Source of the DNA: a virus
Lineage: Duplodnaviria; Heunggongvirae; Uroviricota; Caudoviricetes
IMG/VR virus record: IMGVR_UViG_3300032038_000051
Location: 12,740 to 76,739 of that record
Strand: one strand, 5' to 3'
DNA: 64,000 nt
Shown here piece by piece: positions 43,614 through 52,391 of this stretch. The stretch's first letter is position 1. The number at the start of each line of letters is the position of its first letter. The notes beneath the pieces were generated by a model, which ran no database searches, had not been told where the DNA came from, and saw only the letters and a list, made by a program, of their open reading frames with translations. The position numbers and the translations under genes were made by a program.

Positions 43614-43877
43614 CTATGCCGCCTTCCTCGCGGCGTGACGGAGCGTGCCGTGCAGGAAGTCGTACATAGCCTCGGTCGTCGTATGCCCCGGCTTGGCGGG
43701 GTCGAACGTGACGATGCTGACGATCACGTCGTCATTCTTGCCCACGAGCGGGAGGGCGGCGCATATTGCGTCCGACAATCTGTCGAAACGACCGATGCGC
43801 TTGGCTTCCCACTCCTCGTGAGGGCACCAAAAGCCCTCGATGCGTGCGTTCTGCACATCGACTATAAACGCTATCAT
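43614..43877 (-). CDS. hypothetical protein
   Basis: ORF; first leftward-block gene after the terminator. Confidence 0.5.
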   Translation of the reverse strand: MIAFIVDVQNARIEGFWCPHEEWEAKRIGRFDRLSDAICAALPLVGKNDDVIVSIVTFDPAKPGHTTTEAMYDFLHGTLRHAARKAA

Positions 43878-43907
43878 TGCTTCCCCTTTCGGTCGCTAGT
43901 ATTTTTC

Positions 43908-44930
43908 TCATTTTCGCGACGCCTCGTGCGTGACGGTTACCGCGTCGGTGCCGCCGTTCACGAAGGTGGGCATCACCCACCTCAGGACGAGCTCTCGCTT
44001 CTCCGGCTCGGAGCGCGGCCCGGTCCAGTAGTGGTGCCAGTGGGCGGCCCGGACGTGCGGCCTTACGGTCCTGTCTCCCTCCGTGCCGCCTTCGCCGACG
44101 TACCTGACCTTGGCGGCCCCTATCGCCCTCCCGACGCGCCTGCCGACCGCGTGGATGGTGGACTCGCAGCGCCCCTTGCGCCTCGACTTGCCCGACGGGC
44201 GGTACTCCACCTCCTGGTCGCTGTTGTCGGCGACCACGTACAGCAGGTGGCTCAGCACCTGGTTGTAGTGCTCGCGCAGCATGCGCTCGTAGTCCCTCGC
44301 GAACGTCACGTAGGCGTCGCGCGACCCGTTCACGCGCCTCGCCTCCGCCAGGTCGAACTCCATCGCCTCCGATATGACCTCGCCGAGCGTGTCGACGTCG
44401 AGGTTTATGGACATGACGCTCCTCGGCTGCCCGTCAACGAGCTGCATGATCGACACGCATTCGGCCCCGTCCTCGAACGCCAGGGCCTCGGCCCTTATCG
44501 TGCGGTCCGTCCACGCGAAGAACCCGCTGGTCATGGCGACGCTGCCGTCGCTCATGCTCATGGGCATCCGAGCCTCCACGAACAGGCACGGGTACGGCAG
44601 CCTCCTGAGCATCCCGACTGGCATCGAGTCGGGGAAGCTCGTCTTGAGCAGCTCGCTCGTGAGCGCCTTATCGAACCTGTACACGTGCCTCGACGACTGC
44701 CAGTTCGCCCAGAGGGACACGTCCTCGCAGAGCAGGTACGTCGGGTCGTTCGATATGCGCCACGCCCTCTCCGCGTCGCTGATCCTCCCGTTCACCTCGA
44801 CCGACCTCGCCTCTATGGCCTCCTGGCTGAACGAGAAGCACGGCCCCGTCACGCGCGCGAGCTGCGGATGCGCCTTGAGCAGCTCGCTGACGTGCCTGTC
44901 GGCCACCGTGGCCGGTCGCCTATGACTCAT
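43908..44930 (-). CDS. hypothetical protein (340 aa) with His-rich C-terminal motif
   Basis: Long ORF with balanced composition; RPHVRAAHWHHYWTG segment is a possible HxH/Tyr metal-binding motif; no family confidently recognised. Confidence 0.55.
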   Translation of the reverse strand: MSHRRPATVADRHVSELLKAHPQLARVTGPCFSFSQEAIEARSVEVNGRISDAERAWRISNDPTYLLCEDVSLWANWQSSRHVYRFDKALTSELLKTSFPDSMPVGMLRRLPYPCLFVEARMPMSMSDGSVAMTSGFFAWTDRTIRAEALAFEDGAECVSIMQLVDGQPRSVMSINLDVDTLGEVISEAMEFDLAEARRVNGSRDAYVTFARDYERMLREHYNQVLSHLLYVVADNSDQEVEYRPSGKSRRKGRCESTIHAVGRRVGRAIGAAKVRYVGEGGTEGDRTVRPHVRAAHWHHYWTGPRSEPEKRELVLRWVMPTFVNGGTDAVTVTHEASRK

Positions 44931-45378
44931 CCCCGAGCCTCCTCTCCACCGACCTCGCGTACACCATCTGCCCCCTCGGGAGCCTGACGCCGTCGAGCTT
45001 GCCCTCCTTCAGCAGGGCGTACACCCTCTGCGTGGACACGCCGAGCGCGCCAGCCGCGTCCCTGACCGTCATGGTGCGGAAGTCGCCCTTCTGCATCCAC
45101 TCCAGGACGTACGGCCCCTGCTTCACGACCGGTATGTTGTCGGTCGTGCAGTCGTTGGCGTCTATGTCCGCCCCGAGGGCCGCTATCATGTCACCCACCA
45201 CCGGCTTTGACAGCAGGCCGTGCTCGGCCGCAAGCCTCGTGAGCTCGACCATCCCGCGCCCCGGCGTGAGCTGGTAGTCTCCGACCCTTGCGTCGTTCAA
45301 CCTTATGCCCACGTTTCGCAGCTCGTTCACCAGGTAGTGGTTGTACCTGGCGAGCGCCCTTATCGTGTCATCTCGCAT
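44920..45378 (-). CDS. DNA-binding protein with excisionase/MerR-type HTH
   Basis: C-terminal MTVRDAAGALGVSTQRVYALLKEGKLDGVRLPRGQMVYARSVERRL; start placed at ATG 45378 with GGGAGGA RBS, because the upstream ATG at 45444 lies inside the repeat array. Confidence 0.55.
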   Translation of the reverse strand: MRDDTIRALARYNHYLVNELRNVGIRLNDARVGDYQLTPGRGMVELTRLAAEHGLLSKPVVGDMIAALGADIDANDCTTDNIPVVKQGPYVLEWMQKGDFRTMTVRDAAGALGVSTQRVYALLKEGKLDGVRLPRGQMVYARSVERRLGDES

Positions 45379-45405
45379 GCGTCCTCCCAACAAACGATGA
45401 GTTAC

Positions 45406-45455
45406 TTGCAATGCAATTGTACTCTGGTTGCAATAGGGTTGCAAGAGGGTTGCAA
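45406..45455 (-). promoter_or_regulatory. array of palindromic TTGCAA hexamers with 11-bp phasing (operator/iteron-like)
   Basis: TTGCAA at 45406, 45428, 45439 and 45450 (cttgcaatgcaattg ... ggttgcaatagg gttgcaagagg gttgcaaatga) immediately upstream of the HTH gene start. Confidence 0.5.
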
Positions 45456-45658
45456 ATGAACTGACGGCATGGCAAAACTCGTTCCAGACGGGGCTAGAGA
45501 AAGACGGACCCCTCGGCGCGGATGCACGCGAGGGGTCACACCCCGCTTACGCGGGGAACAGTCGCCTCCCGAAAAGCGTACGATACTGCTTAACGGGTCA
45601 TTCCCGCCTCGGCGGGCAATGGCGATGCCTGCATTATGCCCCGACGTCGAGCCAACGT

Positions 45659-46264
45659 TTACGACTCTTCGGCGAGCGGCGCGTCAGCGAGGTATCCCGC
45701 CGCGACGACGTTCGACACCACCCTCTCCATCCATTCTTCCCATCCGTCTCTCCCGAGCCTGTCGAACTCCGCGATCGTGTCGGCGACGTATGGCCCGTTG
45801 CCTCGCATGTCCTCGGACGGGTACCACACGACCGAGTTTGGCATGCTCGCCACGAGGTCGCGCAACCGGTCGTCGGGCACGGCCGAGCACACGAACAGCA
45901 CGTCGCTGACGTCGATGTCGAACTCCCTTATCAAGTTGATGTAGTCGTGCCCGTCCCTTCGCACGTGCTTGCCGTTCTCTGGCAGCGCGCATCGCCTCGG
46001 CTTGCCCAACCCGCGCTCGGGGTACGCGGCGTCGTACCTGTCGACGCACAGGTACTCGTCGAAGCCCTCGAACAACCATCCCTGCACGCCGACGAAGCCC
46101 CCGACGTCCACGACGGCCATGCCCTTGGGCCACGTCGCGGCGACGGCCTGATAAAAGCGCTCGAAACACAGGTGGTCCGGCCCGATTTCGGCGCTGGCGG
46201 ACCTCATCACGGCGTCAAGCTCGCCCTTAGGCACCCTGAGAAACAACGGAGTCGGAAATCTCAT
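45659..46264 (-). CDS. hypothetical protein, possible SAM-methyltransferase-like fold
   Basis: VVDVGGFVGVQG resembles SAM-binding motif I; GGAGG RBS. Confidence 0.45.
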   Translation of the reverse strand: MRFPTPLFLRVPKGELDAVMRSASAEIGPDHLCFERFYQAVAATWPKGMAVVDVGGFVGVQGWLFEGFDEYLCVDRYDAAYPERGLGKPRRCALPENGKHVRRDGHDYINLIREFDIDVSDVLFVCSAVPDDRLRDLVASMPNSVVWYPSEDMRGNGPYVADTIAEFDRLGRDGWEEWMERVVSNVVAAGYLADAPLAEES

Positions 46265-46293
46265 GCCATAACCTCCAAAATTCGCTTGCGATG

Positions 46294-46806
46294 TCAGAAA
46301 AGGGCCATCTGGGAGCCGTCTGGACGCACTCCAGGCTCGACTACGTCCATTCTGCGGCCGTTTTTCTCACCGAACGCCCTCTTGGACGCATTTTCGAGCC
46401 TCGCGGCCTCAGAAACGGCCTCCGGGCGTCCATTTGCGGCCTCCGACGTGCCGTCGTGCCCGTTTTTCGCGTCCGTTGGGCCGTCTTGCGACGAAATCTC
46501 GCGCAAGAGCGCCTCCAAGGCCGACTTTTCGCCCTGCAAGGCCCAAAACTCGTCCTCCGGGACCACGTAGAGGTCGTTTTGCGCCGGCGAGGCGAAAACG
46601 CGGTCCGCAAGGCCGAAAACGAGCCGGTTTCCGGCCCTGTAGACGGGCTTCGGCGAGTACTGGTCCGACGAGTGCCTCCCGACGGGCATCTGGCCGCTCC
46701 CGGAGCCCCTCACGCACGCCCAGAACGATAATCCGGTGTCGACGGGCGTCACGTCAGCCTTTGAGACGTCGAACCGCTCGTACGTGACGTCCGCGCGTCC
46801 GCTCAA
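46294..46806 (-). CDS. hypothetical protein
   Basis: ORF with TTG start, coupled to the upstream gene. Confidence 0.4.
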   Translation of the reverse strand: MSGRADVTYERFDVSKADVTPVDTGLSFWACVRGSGSGQMPVGRHSSDQYSPKPVYRAGNRLVFGLADRVFASPAQNDLYVVPEDEFWALQGEKSALEALLREISSQDGPTDAKNGHDGTSEAANGRPEAVSEAARLENASKRAFGEKNGRRMDVVEPGVRPDGSQMALF

Positions 46807-47000
46807 CGCCCCTCACCGTCCCCGACGACCTTCCATCTGTTCGAGAAGCGCCACATCTCGTCGTTGGCTACTTTGAACGTGTTTTTCTTGCGCCTCCTCA
46901 CGATGTGGCCGTGGGAGTCGCGTATCGTGAGCACGAAGCCGCTTCGGAGCCTCATTATCTCGGCACTGAAGCCATCCCCGACGTAGCTCGTAGTCCTCAT
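46803..47000 (-). CDS. hypothetical small protein
   Basis: ORF. Confidence 0.45.
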   Translation of the reverse strand: MRTTSYVGDGFSAEIMRLRSGFVLTIRDSHGHIVRRRKKNTFKVANDEMWRFSNRWKVVGDGEGR

Positions 47001-47191
47001 GCCGCCTCGCCTCCCTGTTCCCTCACAATCCTGGCGATCGCCGCCCTCAGCGTCCTCGTGGACGCCAGATGCTCGATGTGGGCCATCAGATAGGCTTCAC
47101 CACCCCCGTCCACGTATGCGTCGAACGCCTGCTGCGCCAGCATGGCGTTCCGGGTCGCCATGTCGTTCAGAATCTCCGTCTCCCTGCTCAT
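46997..47191 (-). CDS. hypothetical small protein
   Basis: ORF. Confidence 0.5.
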   Translation of the reverse strand: MSRETEILNDMATRNAMLAQQAFDAYVDGGGEAYLMAHIEHLASTRTLRAAIARIVREQGGEAA

Positions 47192-47200
47192 CTTTCCCTC

Positions 47201-47266
47201 CTAGTGGCGGACGAAGCCGCCCGCGAACAACGTCAACAGAATCAGCGCCGTGACTGCCACTTCCAT
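47201..47266 (-). CDS. 21-aa hydrophobic micro-peptide
   Basis: MEVAVTALILLTLFAGGFVRH preceded by GGAGGTGA RBS. Confidence 0.35.
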   Translation of the reverse strand: MEVAVTALILLTLFAGGFVRH

Positions 47267-47273
47267 CGCCGCG

Positions 47274-47591
47274 TCACCTCCCACGGGCCGTCACGAGCGC
47301 CACGGGGTAGCTCATGTCGTCTGCGGAGCCGAAGTCGACCTCTGGCATGCACTCAAGAAGCGCGTACGGCCTCGACGCGCCATTCCCGTCGCAGTCCTCG
47401 TCGTCCACGACCGAGACGGCCAGGAAGTCGTCGTCCGAACCAGACCACTCGTCCCTGATGTAGTCGAGAACCTCGTCCGTGGCGCCGGGGTTCATCCAGA
47501 GCAGCGCCTCCTCCAACTTGTCTTCCGGCACGTGCCTCACGACCGCGTACGCCGCCGTGTCTATTACTGCCATCAATCCGTCGCCCATCAT
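47274..47591 (-). CDS. hypothetical strongly acidic protein
   Basis: GAGGAGGAG RBS; Asp/Glu-rich. Confidence 0.55.
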   Translation of the reverse strand: MMGDGLMAVIDTAAYAVVRHVPEDKLEEALLWMNPGATDEVLDYIRDEWSGSDDDFLAVSVVDDEDCDGNGASRPYALLECMPEVDFGSADDMSYPVALVTARGR

Positions 47592-47709
47592 GTCTCCTCC
47601 TCAAAAAAAGGGGCCGCCCGGATGCTCGGACGGTCCCAATCGACCTTTATCTTCCTGCGAATGCGAACGAGCCGCCCGGTTGCGTCGTCGTGCGGCTCGG
47701 CCTGGCCGA

Positions 47710-48315
47710 TTACCTCGTCGGGCACATCCTGCGTGCCTGGCGGTAGTTCTCCATCGCGCAGCGCATGGCGTGCGTCTGCTCCACGGAGAGCAGCGCATCT
47801 CCTGGCGTGCGTGTCGAAAGGCCCTCGATGTGGGCCGCGTTGAGTTCCTCCTGCTCGTTTCTCAACGCCGACATCACGTTCTTGCTCCCGTTTCTCGCTT
47901 TCCAATACTGCTTTGCGCCACGCGTTGGCGGAACCATGTTGGGAACCGTGTCCCACGCATGGGCCTTGACCTTCTTCCATTCGGGAAGAATTCCGCTGAC
48001 AATCTCCTCGCGGACGGCCCTTGCGTCGTCGTACCGCATCCTCGACACGTCGAACTCCGCCTCGTTTCCGTCGCTGTCGTACTCGTTCGTGCTCCACCCG
48101 TCGTCGTCACGGAACGCCGTGACTGACGGCTCGTCCCAGTCGAAGTCGTCGGCGGCGTACACAGTGATTTGTGTTACGTCGTCGCCTATCGAGAAGGTGC
48201 TTAGATTGTCCAGAATGTATGCCATCAGCTCGCGTGCGCTAACTGCGTCGAACGTTCCATAATCCCCGTCAAGGTCGTCTGCGTTGACACGAGAAATTAT
48301 GCTAAAGCTCTTCAT
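47710..48315 (-). CDS. hypothetical acidic protein (201 aa)
   Basis: AGAGGTAAGGA RBS. Confidence 0.55.
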   Translation of the reverse strand: MKSFSIISRVNADDLDGDYGTFDAVSARELMAYILDNLSTFSIGDDVTQITVYAADDFDWDEPSVTAFRDDDGWSTNEYDSDGNEAEFDVSRMRYDDARAVREEIVSGILPEWKKVKAHAWDTVPNMVPPTRGAKQYWKARNGSKNVMSALRNEQEELNAAHIEGLSTRTPGDALLSVEQTHAMRCAMENYRQARRMCPTR

Positions 48316-48338
48316 TTCCTTACCTCTTTCTCTGTTTT

Positions 48339-49037
48339 TTATTCTGCCAGATAGTTCTCTATGCTTGCGAGCCGCCCGCGCAGCTCCTCCCGCTCGTCGT
48401 GCCTCAGTCTTGAGAGCGACGGCTTGATCTCCAATATCGCCGCCTGCTCCAGGTCGGCGAGCAGGCTATCCTCGTCCAGCGCGTGACCTGTCGCGCTCAC
48501 GAACGCACTGTCGAACAGCCAGTTGATCTTCATCTCGAGCAACCTTGTTTGCGCGTCTGCCCGTGCCTTCTCGTGAGCTTTGCGTGCGAGGGCGTCTTGT
48601 CGTTTCATGGTTGCGGCCTTGGCCTTCGGGGTCAGCAGCCGCAGTGCGTTGTCGACCTCGTTTCCCTTTGCGGCGTTGCAGCGCTTGCACATTGTCTGGA
48701 AGTTATCCAGACTGTCTTTTCCGCCACGACTGACGGGGATAATGTGATCCTTCGTCATTAGCACTTGGTCGTCCGAGAACAGCTCAAAGTGCCTGCGCTT
48801 CGACTTGTCGTCACCTACCAACACGAAGTGCGTGCCGACTCTGCCGCACTTGGTACACGTGAATCCCTTCTGGAAGAAGGTCTTATATCGCATGGAGTGG
48901 ACGTAGACTTGGAACCCGTCCACGTCAACCGAAAGCTTCTTCTCCCCACGAGGGATGGTCGGTGTCATAGCAGCGTGCTCGCCGATGATTGCGAGTACCT
49001 CGTCCGGTGTGTACTCCTTCTCTTCCATGACTTCCAT
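48339..49037 (-). CDS. HNH endonuclease
   Basis: CTKCGRVG...LMTKDHIIPVSRGGKDSLDNFQTMCKRCNAAKGN is a canonical HNH motif. Confidence 0.8.
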   Translation of the reverse strand: MEVMEEKEYTPDEVLAIIGEHAAMTPTIPRGEKKLSVDVDGFQVYVHSMRYKTFFQKGFTCTKCGRVGTHFVLVGDDKSKRRHFELFSDDQVLMTKDHIIPVSRGGKDSLDNFQTMCKRCNAAKGNEVDNALRLLTPKAKAATMKRQDALARKAHEKARADAQTRLLEMKINWLFDSAFVSATGHALDEDSLLADLEQAAILEIKPSLSRLRHDEREELRGRLASIENYLAE

Positions 49038-49046
49038 TCATCGCTC

Positions 49047-49244
49047 CTAAACCTTGTACCTGAGGTCGACGGGTACCTCGGTGCCGTCAACCTCGTCCAA
49101 CCGTATTGTAAACCTTCCCTCCTTATGGAATGCCTCGTGCGCCTTTCGACACAGCTTCTCGAGGTCGCCATCCCTCATGGAGAACGTGACCTCGAGAAGC
49201 TTTCCGTCCCAGTTCGTCGCCTTCGCCTGGTGTACTCCCATCAT
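49047..49244 (-). CDS. hypothetical small protein
   Basis: ORF. Confidence 0.5.
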   Translation of the reverse strand: MMGVHQAKATNWDGKLLEVTFSMRDGDLEKLCRKAHEAFHKEGRFTIRLDEVDGTEVPVDLRYKV

Positions 49245-49246
49245 CT

Positions 49247-49858
49247 CTAGAGTTTGATGCCGAACCTGGCTGCGACGCTTCTCAAGGCGCCGTCCTTGTA
49301 GTTGTACGCCTTGTCGATCTGCTTCCTCAGTTCCTCCTCTAACAGCTCCCTCGTCAGGTCGAACTTACCGTTCCAGCAGTTGTCCCTGCCGGTCGACACG
49401 ACCACTACCTCTGCGAGGGCGTCCGTGATGGGCTTCCAGTGGTAAGTGACGAAGTGCCCGAGCTTATCGGCGCAGTCGTAGTAGCTTATGCTCGACACCA
49501 TTGCCTTGTCGCCGAGTACATCGCTAGGCCCTTCGTCCGTGCTTCCCTCGCATGGGACGCACTCGTGCCCCGTCAGCATCCTCAGGAATCGGCGGCGCCA
49601 CTCGTCGTCCTGCTCGTGTTCGACGAGCTCTCGCTGAACCATTATTTTCTGGTTCAGGAGCGGCGTGCTCTTCGGCTCATCGTCCTCGAACCAAACGCCG
49701 AGGCCACCAAATCCCTCTGTCTCGTCGTCTATGAACCCGACGTTTTCGCTGCAGTCGTCGAGTTTGTCAGAATACACACATGCTGTGACGTTCTGCTTCA
49801 TGTCGAACCCGCCGTCATTGAGTCGGTTCAATTCGTCGAGCATCTCTTCGTAGGTCAT
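49247..49858 (-). CDS. hypothetical acidic protein
   Basis: ORF; GGGAGGCAA RBS. Confidence 0.55.
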   Translation of the reverse strand: MTYEEMLDELNRLNDGGFDMKQNVTACVYSDKLDDCSENVGFIDDETEGFGGLGVWFEDDEPKSTPLLNQKIMVQRELVEHEQDDEWRRRFLRMLTGHECVPCEGSTDEGPSDVLGDKAMVSSISYYDCADKLGHFVTYHWKPITDALAEVVVVSTGRDNCWNGKFDLTRELLEEELRKQIDKAYNYKDGALRSVAARFGIKL

Positions 49859-49878
49859 CTTTGCCTCCCAAGTCTAAC

Positions 49879-49892
49879 GCACCCGCAGGTGC
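49879..49892. promoter_or_regulatory. start-associated GC hairpin GCACC-CGCA-GGTGC
   Basis: Member of the recurring GGGCACC(N3-5)GGTGCCC palindrome family placed just upstream of the RBS of leftward genes. Confidence 0.45.
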
Positions 49893-49947
49893 TGCCAATG
49901 CCCAGCAGGGGAGGCTCTCCCGAGGAAGAGCCCCATACTGACGGGCA

Positions 49948-50628
49948 TTACTCGCCCGGGTTCTCCGTCCAGTCAGACGCCGTGGACACCGCCCACAGCA
50001 CGGGCATGGCGTCATTGCCGCTCTCCTCGCCGAACACCATCGACGAGTGCTCGTAGTCGGCGAGCAGGTCGGTCGTCCACGACTCGTCCGCCCCGTACGT
50101 GAGTGCCAAATACTCGATGTGGTCGGCGAGCGTGTCGCTGTCGAGCGGAATCACGTCGACCGACCGCTCTCCGTTGCTCCACTCGTTGTACTCGACCACC
50201 ATGCCGAGCGTGGGGGAGTAGACCGCCCCGCTTGATACGAGCATGTCGAAGAACTTCTCCGCACGGGCGCGCAGCACCTCGTTGCCCTCGTGAGACGCAA
50301 CTACATCGTCGCGAACAGCCTTCAAATCCGTCATTTCCAATCCCCCCTCTAGCAAGTGATCGAAACCTGAGTGCCAGTCGTCGATGCACTTATTCGTGAA
50401 TGCTTTCATCGCTTCGCGCAGAACCTCGACGAGCTGGTCCTGGTAGCCTTCCCTTTCCATGAAGTCCTCGAACCTTGAAAAGACGCCGCCCTTGCAGCTT
50501 CGGTCGGCTGCCTTCTCTGCCACGTTTTCGAGGAACTTGTCCCACCTGATAGCGTCGCTGCACTCAACGAGCGCGTCGACAAAGTCGAACGTGTCTACCA
50601 CGTGCTCGAACACGTTCCTTTCCGTCAT
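49948..50628 (-). CDS. hypothetical acidic protein (226 aa)
   Basis: ORF; AAGGAGGAAG RBS. Confidence 0.55.
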   Translation of the reverse strand: MTERNVFEHVVDTFDFVDALVECSDAIRWDKFLENVAEKAADRSCKGGVFSRFEDFMEREGYQDQLVEVLREAMKAFTNKCIDDWHSGFDHLLEGGLEMTDLKAVRDDVVASHEGNEVLRARAEKFFDMLVSSGAVYSPTLGMVVEYNEWSNGERSVDVIPLDSDTLADHIEYLALTYGADESWTTDLLADYEHSSMVFGEESGNDAMPVLWAVSTASDWTENPGE

Positions 50629-50647
50629 AACTTCCTCCTTATGAATT

Positions 50648-50665
50648 GGGCACCTGCAGGTGCCC
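50648..50665. promoter_or_regulatory. start-associated GC hairpin GGGCACCTGCAGGTGCCC (perfect palindrome)
   Basis: 18-bp perfect inverted repeat about 18 nt upstream of the start codon at 50628. Confidence 0.5.
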
Positions 50666-50670
50666 GTCCC

Positions 50671-50910
50671 TTATTGTGCCTTGCGAGAAAACCTGCGGAC
50701 CTGCTCGTCAATCTCATCTCTACTTGCGCAGACAGTCGACGAGAGCCTGCGAACCCTCTCGGCGACCGCTTCTTTCTTGACGCAGGCGATCTCGTCGTAC
50801 GCCTTTTCGATCCTGCTGTCATTCGCCCAAAGCAACGTTCCGAGCGCATGCAGCGCGTAGTTGAGCTGGTGCAGCAGATTGTCAAGCTCGTTTTCGCTCA
50901 GTCGATCCAT
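50671..50910 (-). CDS. hypothetical protein
   Basis: ORF; TTAAGGAGG RBS. Confidence 0.5.
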   Translation of the reverse strand: MDRLSENELDNLLHQLNYALHALGTLLWANDSRIEKAYDEIACVKKEAVAERVRRLSSTVCASRDEIDEQVRRFSRKAQ

Positions 50911-50928
50911 GATGCCTCCTTAAACCAA

Positions 50929-50946
50929 GGGCACCCGCAGGTGCCC
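50929..50946. promoter_or_regulatory. start-associated GC hairpin GGGCACCCGCAGGTGCCC
   Basis: Hairpin followed (on the - strand) by TTGGTTTAAGGAGG and ATG 50910. Confidence 0.5.
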
Positions 50947-50957
50947 TAATCCGTTCC

Positions 50958-51434
50958 TTACCAAGATGCCATGTATGAGAAGTACACATCCGGCGGGGTC
51001 TCGTCGAGCAATTCCTCAATCACACGCGCCGTGCGTCTCACCTCCCACAAATAAAGCCAATCGTATGACTGGCTCCCGAACCAATACCCGCTCATTACTG
51101 GAAGAAGTCTCTCGGCGAGGCTCGTGTCTGCCAGGGCCTCACGCTTGACGGGGACACTTACGTACTCCCCATCCGCCACTCCGTCTCGGAAGTCGTCGAC
51201 TAGCACGGTCTCCGACTCGCCTATCTCCTTGCACACTGCCCCGAGGCTGGCGAGCTGCGTCCTGCTGACGTCGTACCACACGCCGTTCTCGCACTCACCG
51301 TTGCACACGTTGCGGACGAACCAGCCGTGGATCTGGTTCGCCTTTCCCCACTCGAGGGCGTAATCGTAGCAGGTGAACGGGCCGTCATCGTCGACTCCGT
51401 CCCACGCGGTTTCAAGGTACATGTCAAGTCCCAT
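50958..51434 (-). CDS. hypothetical protein
   Basis: ORF. Confidence 0.5.
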   Translation of the reverse strand: MGLDMYLETAWDGVDDDGPFTCYDYALEWGKANQIHGWFVRNVCNGECENGVWYDVSRTQLASLGAVCKEIGESETVLVDDFRDGVADGEYVSVPVKREALADTSLAERLLPVMSGYWFGSQSYDWLYLWEVRRTARVIEELLDETPPDVYFSYMASW

Positions 51435-51447
51435 TACCACTCTCCGT

Positions 51448-51753
51448 TCACTCGTACCAGTAGCTGTTCTCGCTGACCTCAATCTCGTGGTGCCACCGTA
51501 CGTCCTCGTCGACTCCGTCGTAGACCAGCGCGTGCATCTCTGCCTCGCCTTGGCCGTCGTGAGTCTGCCCGACCACTGCGAGCTGCAATATCTTGCCGTC
51601 GTCCGTATGGAACTCGACGAACACCTCCGAGTAGTTGTCCGTGTCGCTGCCGACGTAGGCGACGACCTTGCCGCCCACGGCGTCGACGCTTATGGCCGGC
51701 ATACTGATACCAGCCTTCTTTATTCCGTTCTCGTGGATCTCTATGCCATTCAT
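51448..51753 (-). CDS. hypothetical acidic protein
   Basis: ORF. Confidence 0.5.
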   Translation of the reverse strand: MNGIEIHENGIKKAGISMPAISVDAVGGKVVAYVGSDTDNYSEVFVEFHTDDGKILQLAVVGQTHDGQGEAEMHALVYDGVDEDVRWHHEIEVSENSYWYE

Positions 51754-51813
51754 GTCTGTTCCTCCTCCATGTTCTCGTACTCGTACCTGCTTGCCAGCAA
51801 TTGGTTGGGCGGT

Positions 51814-52077
51814 TCACACCCATGTGACGCCGAGGTTTTCCTTCACCCACTCCCATGCGGTTCGCGTGCGGTCGAAACCCCAGAAATCAGGCTCGCTAGG
51901 CAGCTCGAACAGGTGGCGCATGTCTTGATAGATGTGGACGACGCATTGGCCGTCGGGGTCTAGGTCGGAAAGCATGTTCAGTTCTCCGACCCGCGCCAAG
52001 CTCCCGTCGTCAAGCTCCGAGTAGATGACGGTGTGCCCCGTAGCGCTGTTGATGTTCCTCATTGGAACTATTCTCAT
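51814..52077 (-). CDS. hypothetical protein
   Basis: ORF with internal start chosen (MRIVPMRNINS). Confidence 0.45.
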   Translation of the reverse strand: MRIVPMRNINSATGHTVIYSELDDGSLARVGELNMLSDLDPDGQCVVHIYQDMRHLFELPSEPDFWGFDRTRTAWEWVKENLGVTWV

Positions 52078-52081
52078 GCCC

Positions 52082-52381
52082 CTACTCCTCTCCGAAGTTC
52101 TCGTCCTCGTACCTGCTTGCCAGCAGCGAACCGAGCAGGTACCCGAATCCGTCGTTCCATGCCGTGTCATAGGAGTCCTGCATACTTATCACCCACGCCA
52201 TGAGGTCGGTGATCTCGCTGTCTCCAAGCGCGAGATAGTCCATCGCGTCTGCAGAAGCCCTGTCCCAGCACGAGTTCTCGTCATAGAACTCGTGCTCATA
52301 CCAGAGTGCAACGTCCTCACGCTCAAGGATTGTTTTGTATATCTCGTTGGCGACTTCCTCGCCGTGCCTTGCGTCAAACAT
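52082..52381 (-). CDS. hypothetical acidic protein
   Basis: ORF. Confidence 0.5.
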   Translation of the reverse strand: MFDARHGEEVANEIYKTILEREDVALWYEHEFYDENSCWDRASADAMDYLALGDSEITDLMAWVISMQDSYDTAWNDGFGYLLGSLLASRYEDENFGEE

Positions 52382-52391
52382 GTTGGTCTCC

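Noticed and set aside
43908-44930. Calling the 340-aa protein a transposase or mobile element
   Set aside because: No terminal inverted repeats, target-site duplication or recognisable DDE/HUH family match beyond a short His cluster. Left as a hypothetical protein.
44920-45444. Integration module (integrase + excisionase) around the excisionase-type HTH gene
   Set aside because: Only the HTH protein is present. No tyrosine or serine recombinase motifs were found anywhere in the window, so a lysogeny cassette cannot be called.
45469-45909. Plus-strand ORF 45469..45909 and 45636..45944 in the leftward block
   Set aside because: Arg/Pro-rich junk translation lying antisense to and between convincing minus-strand genes; the region instead carries the TTGCAA repeats and intergenic hairpins.
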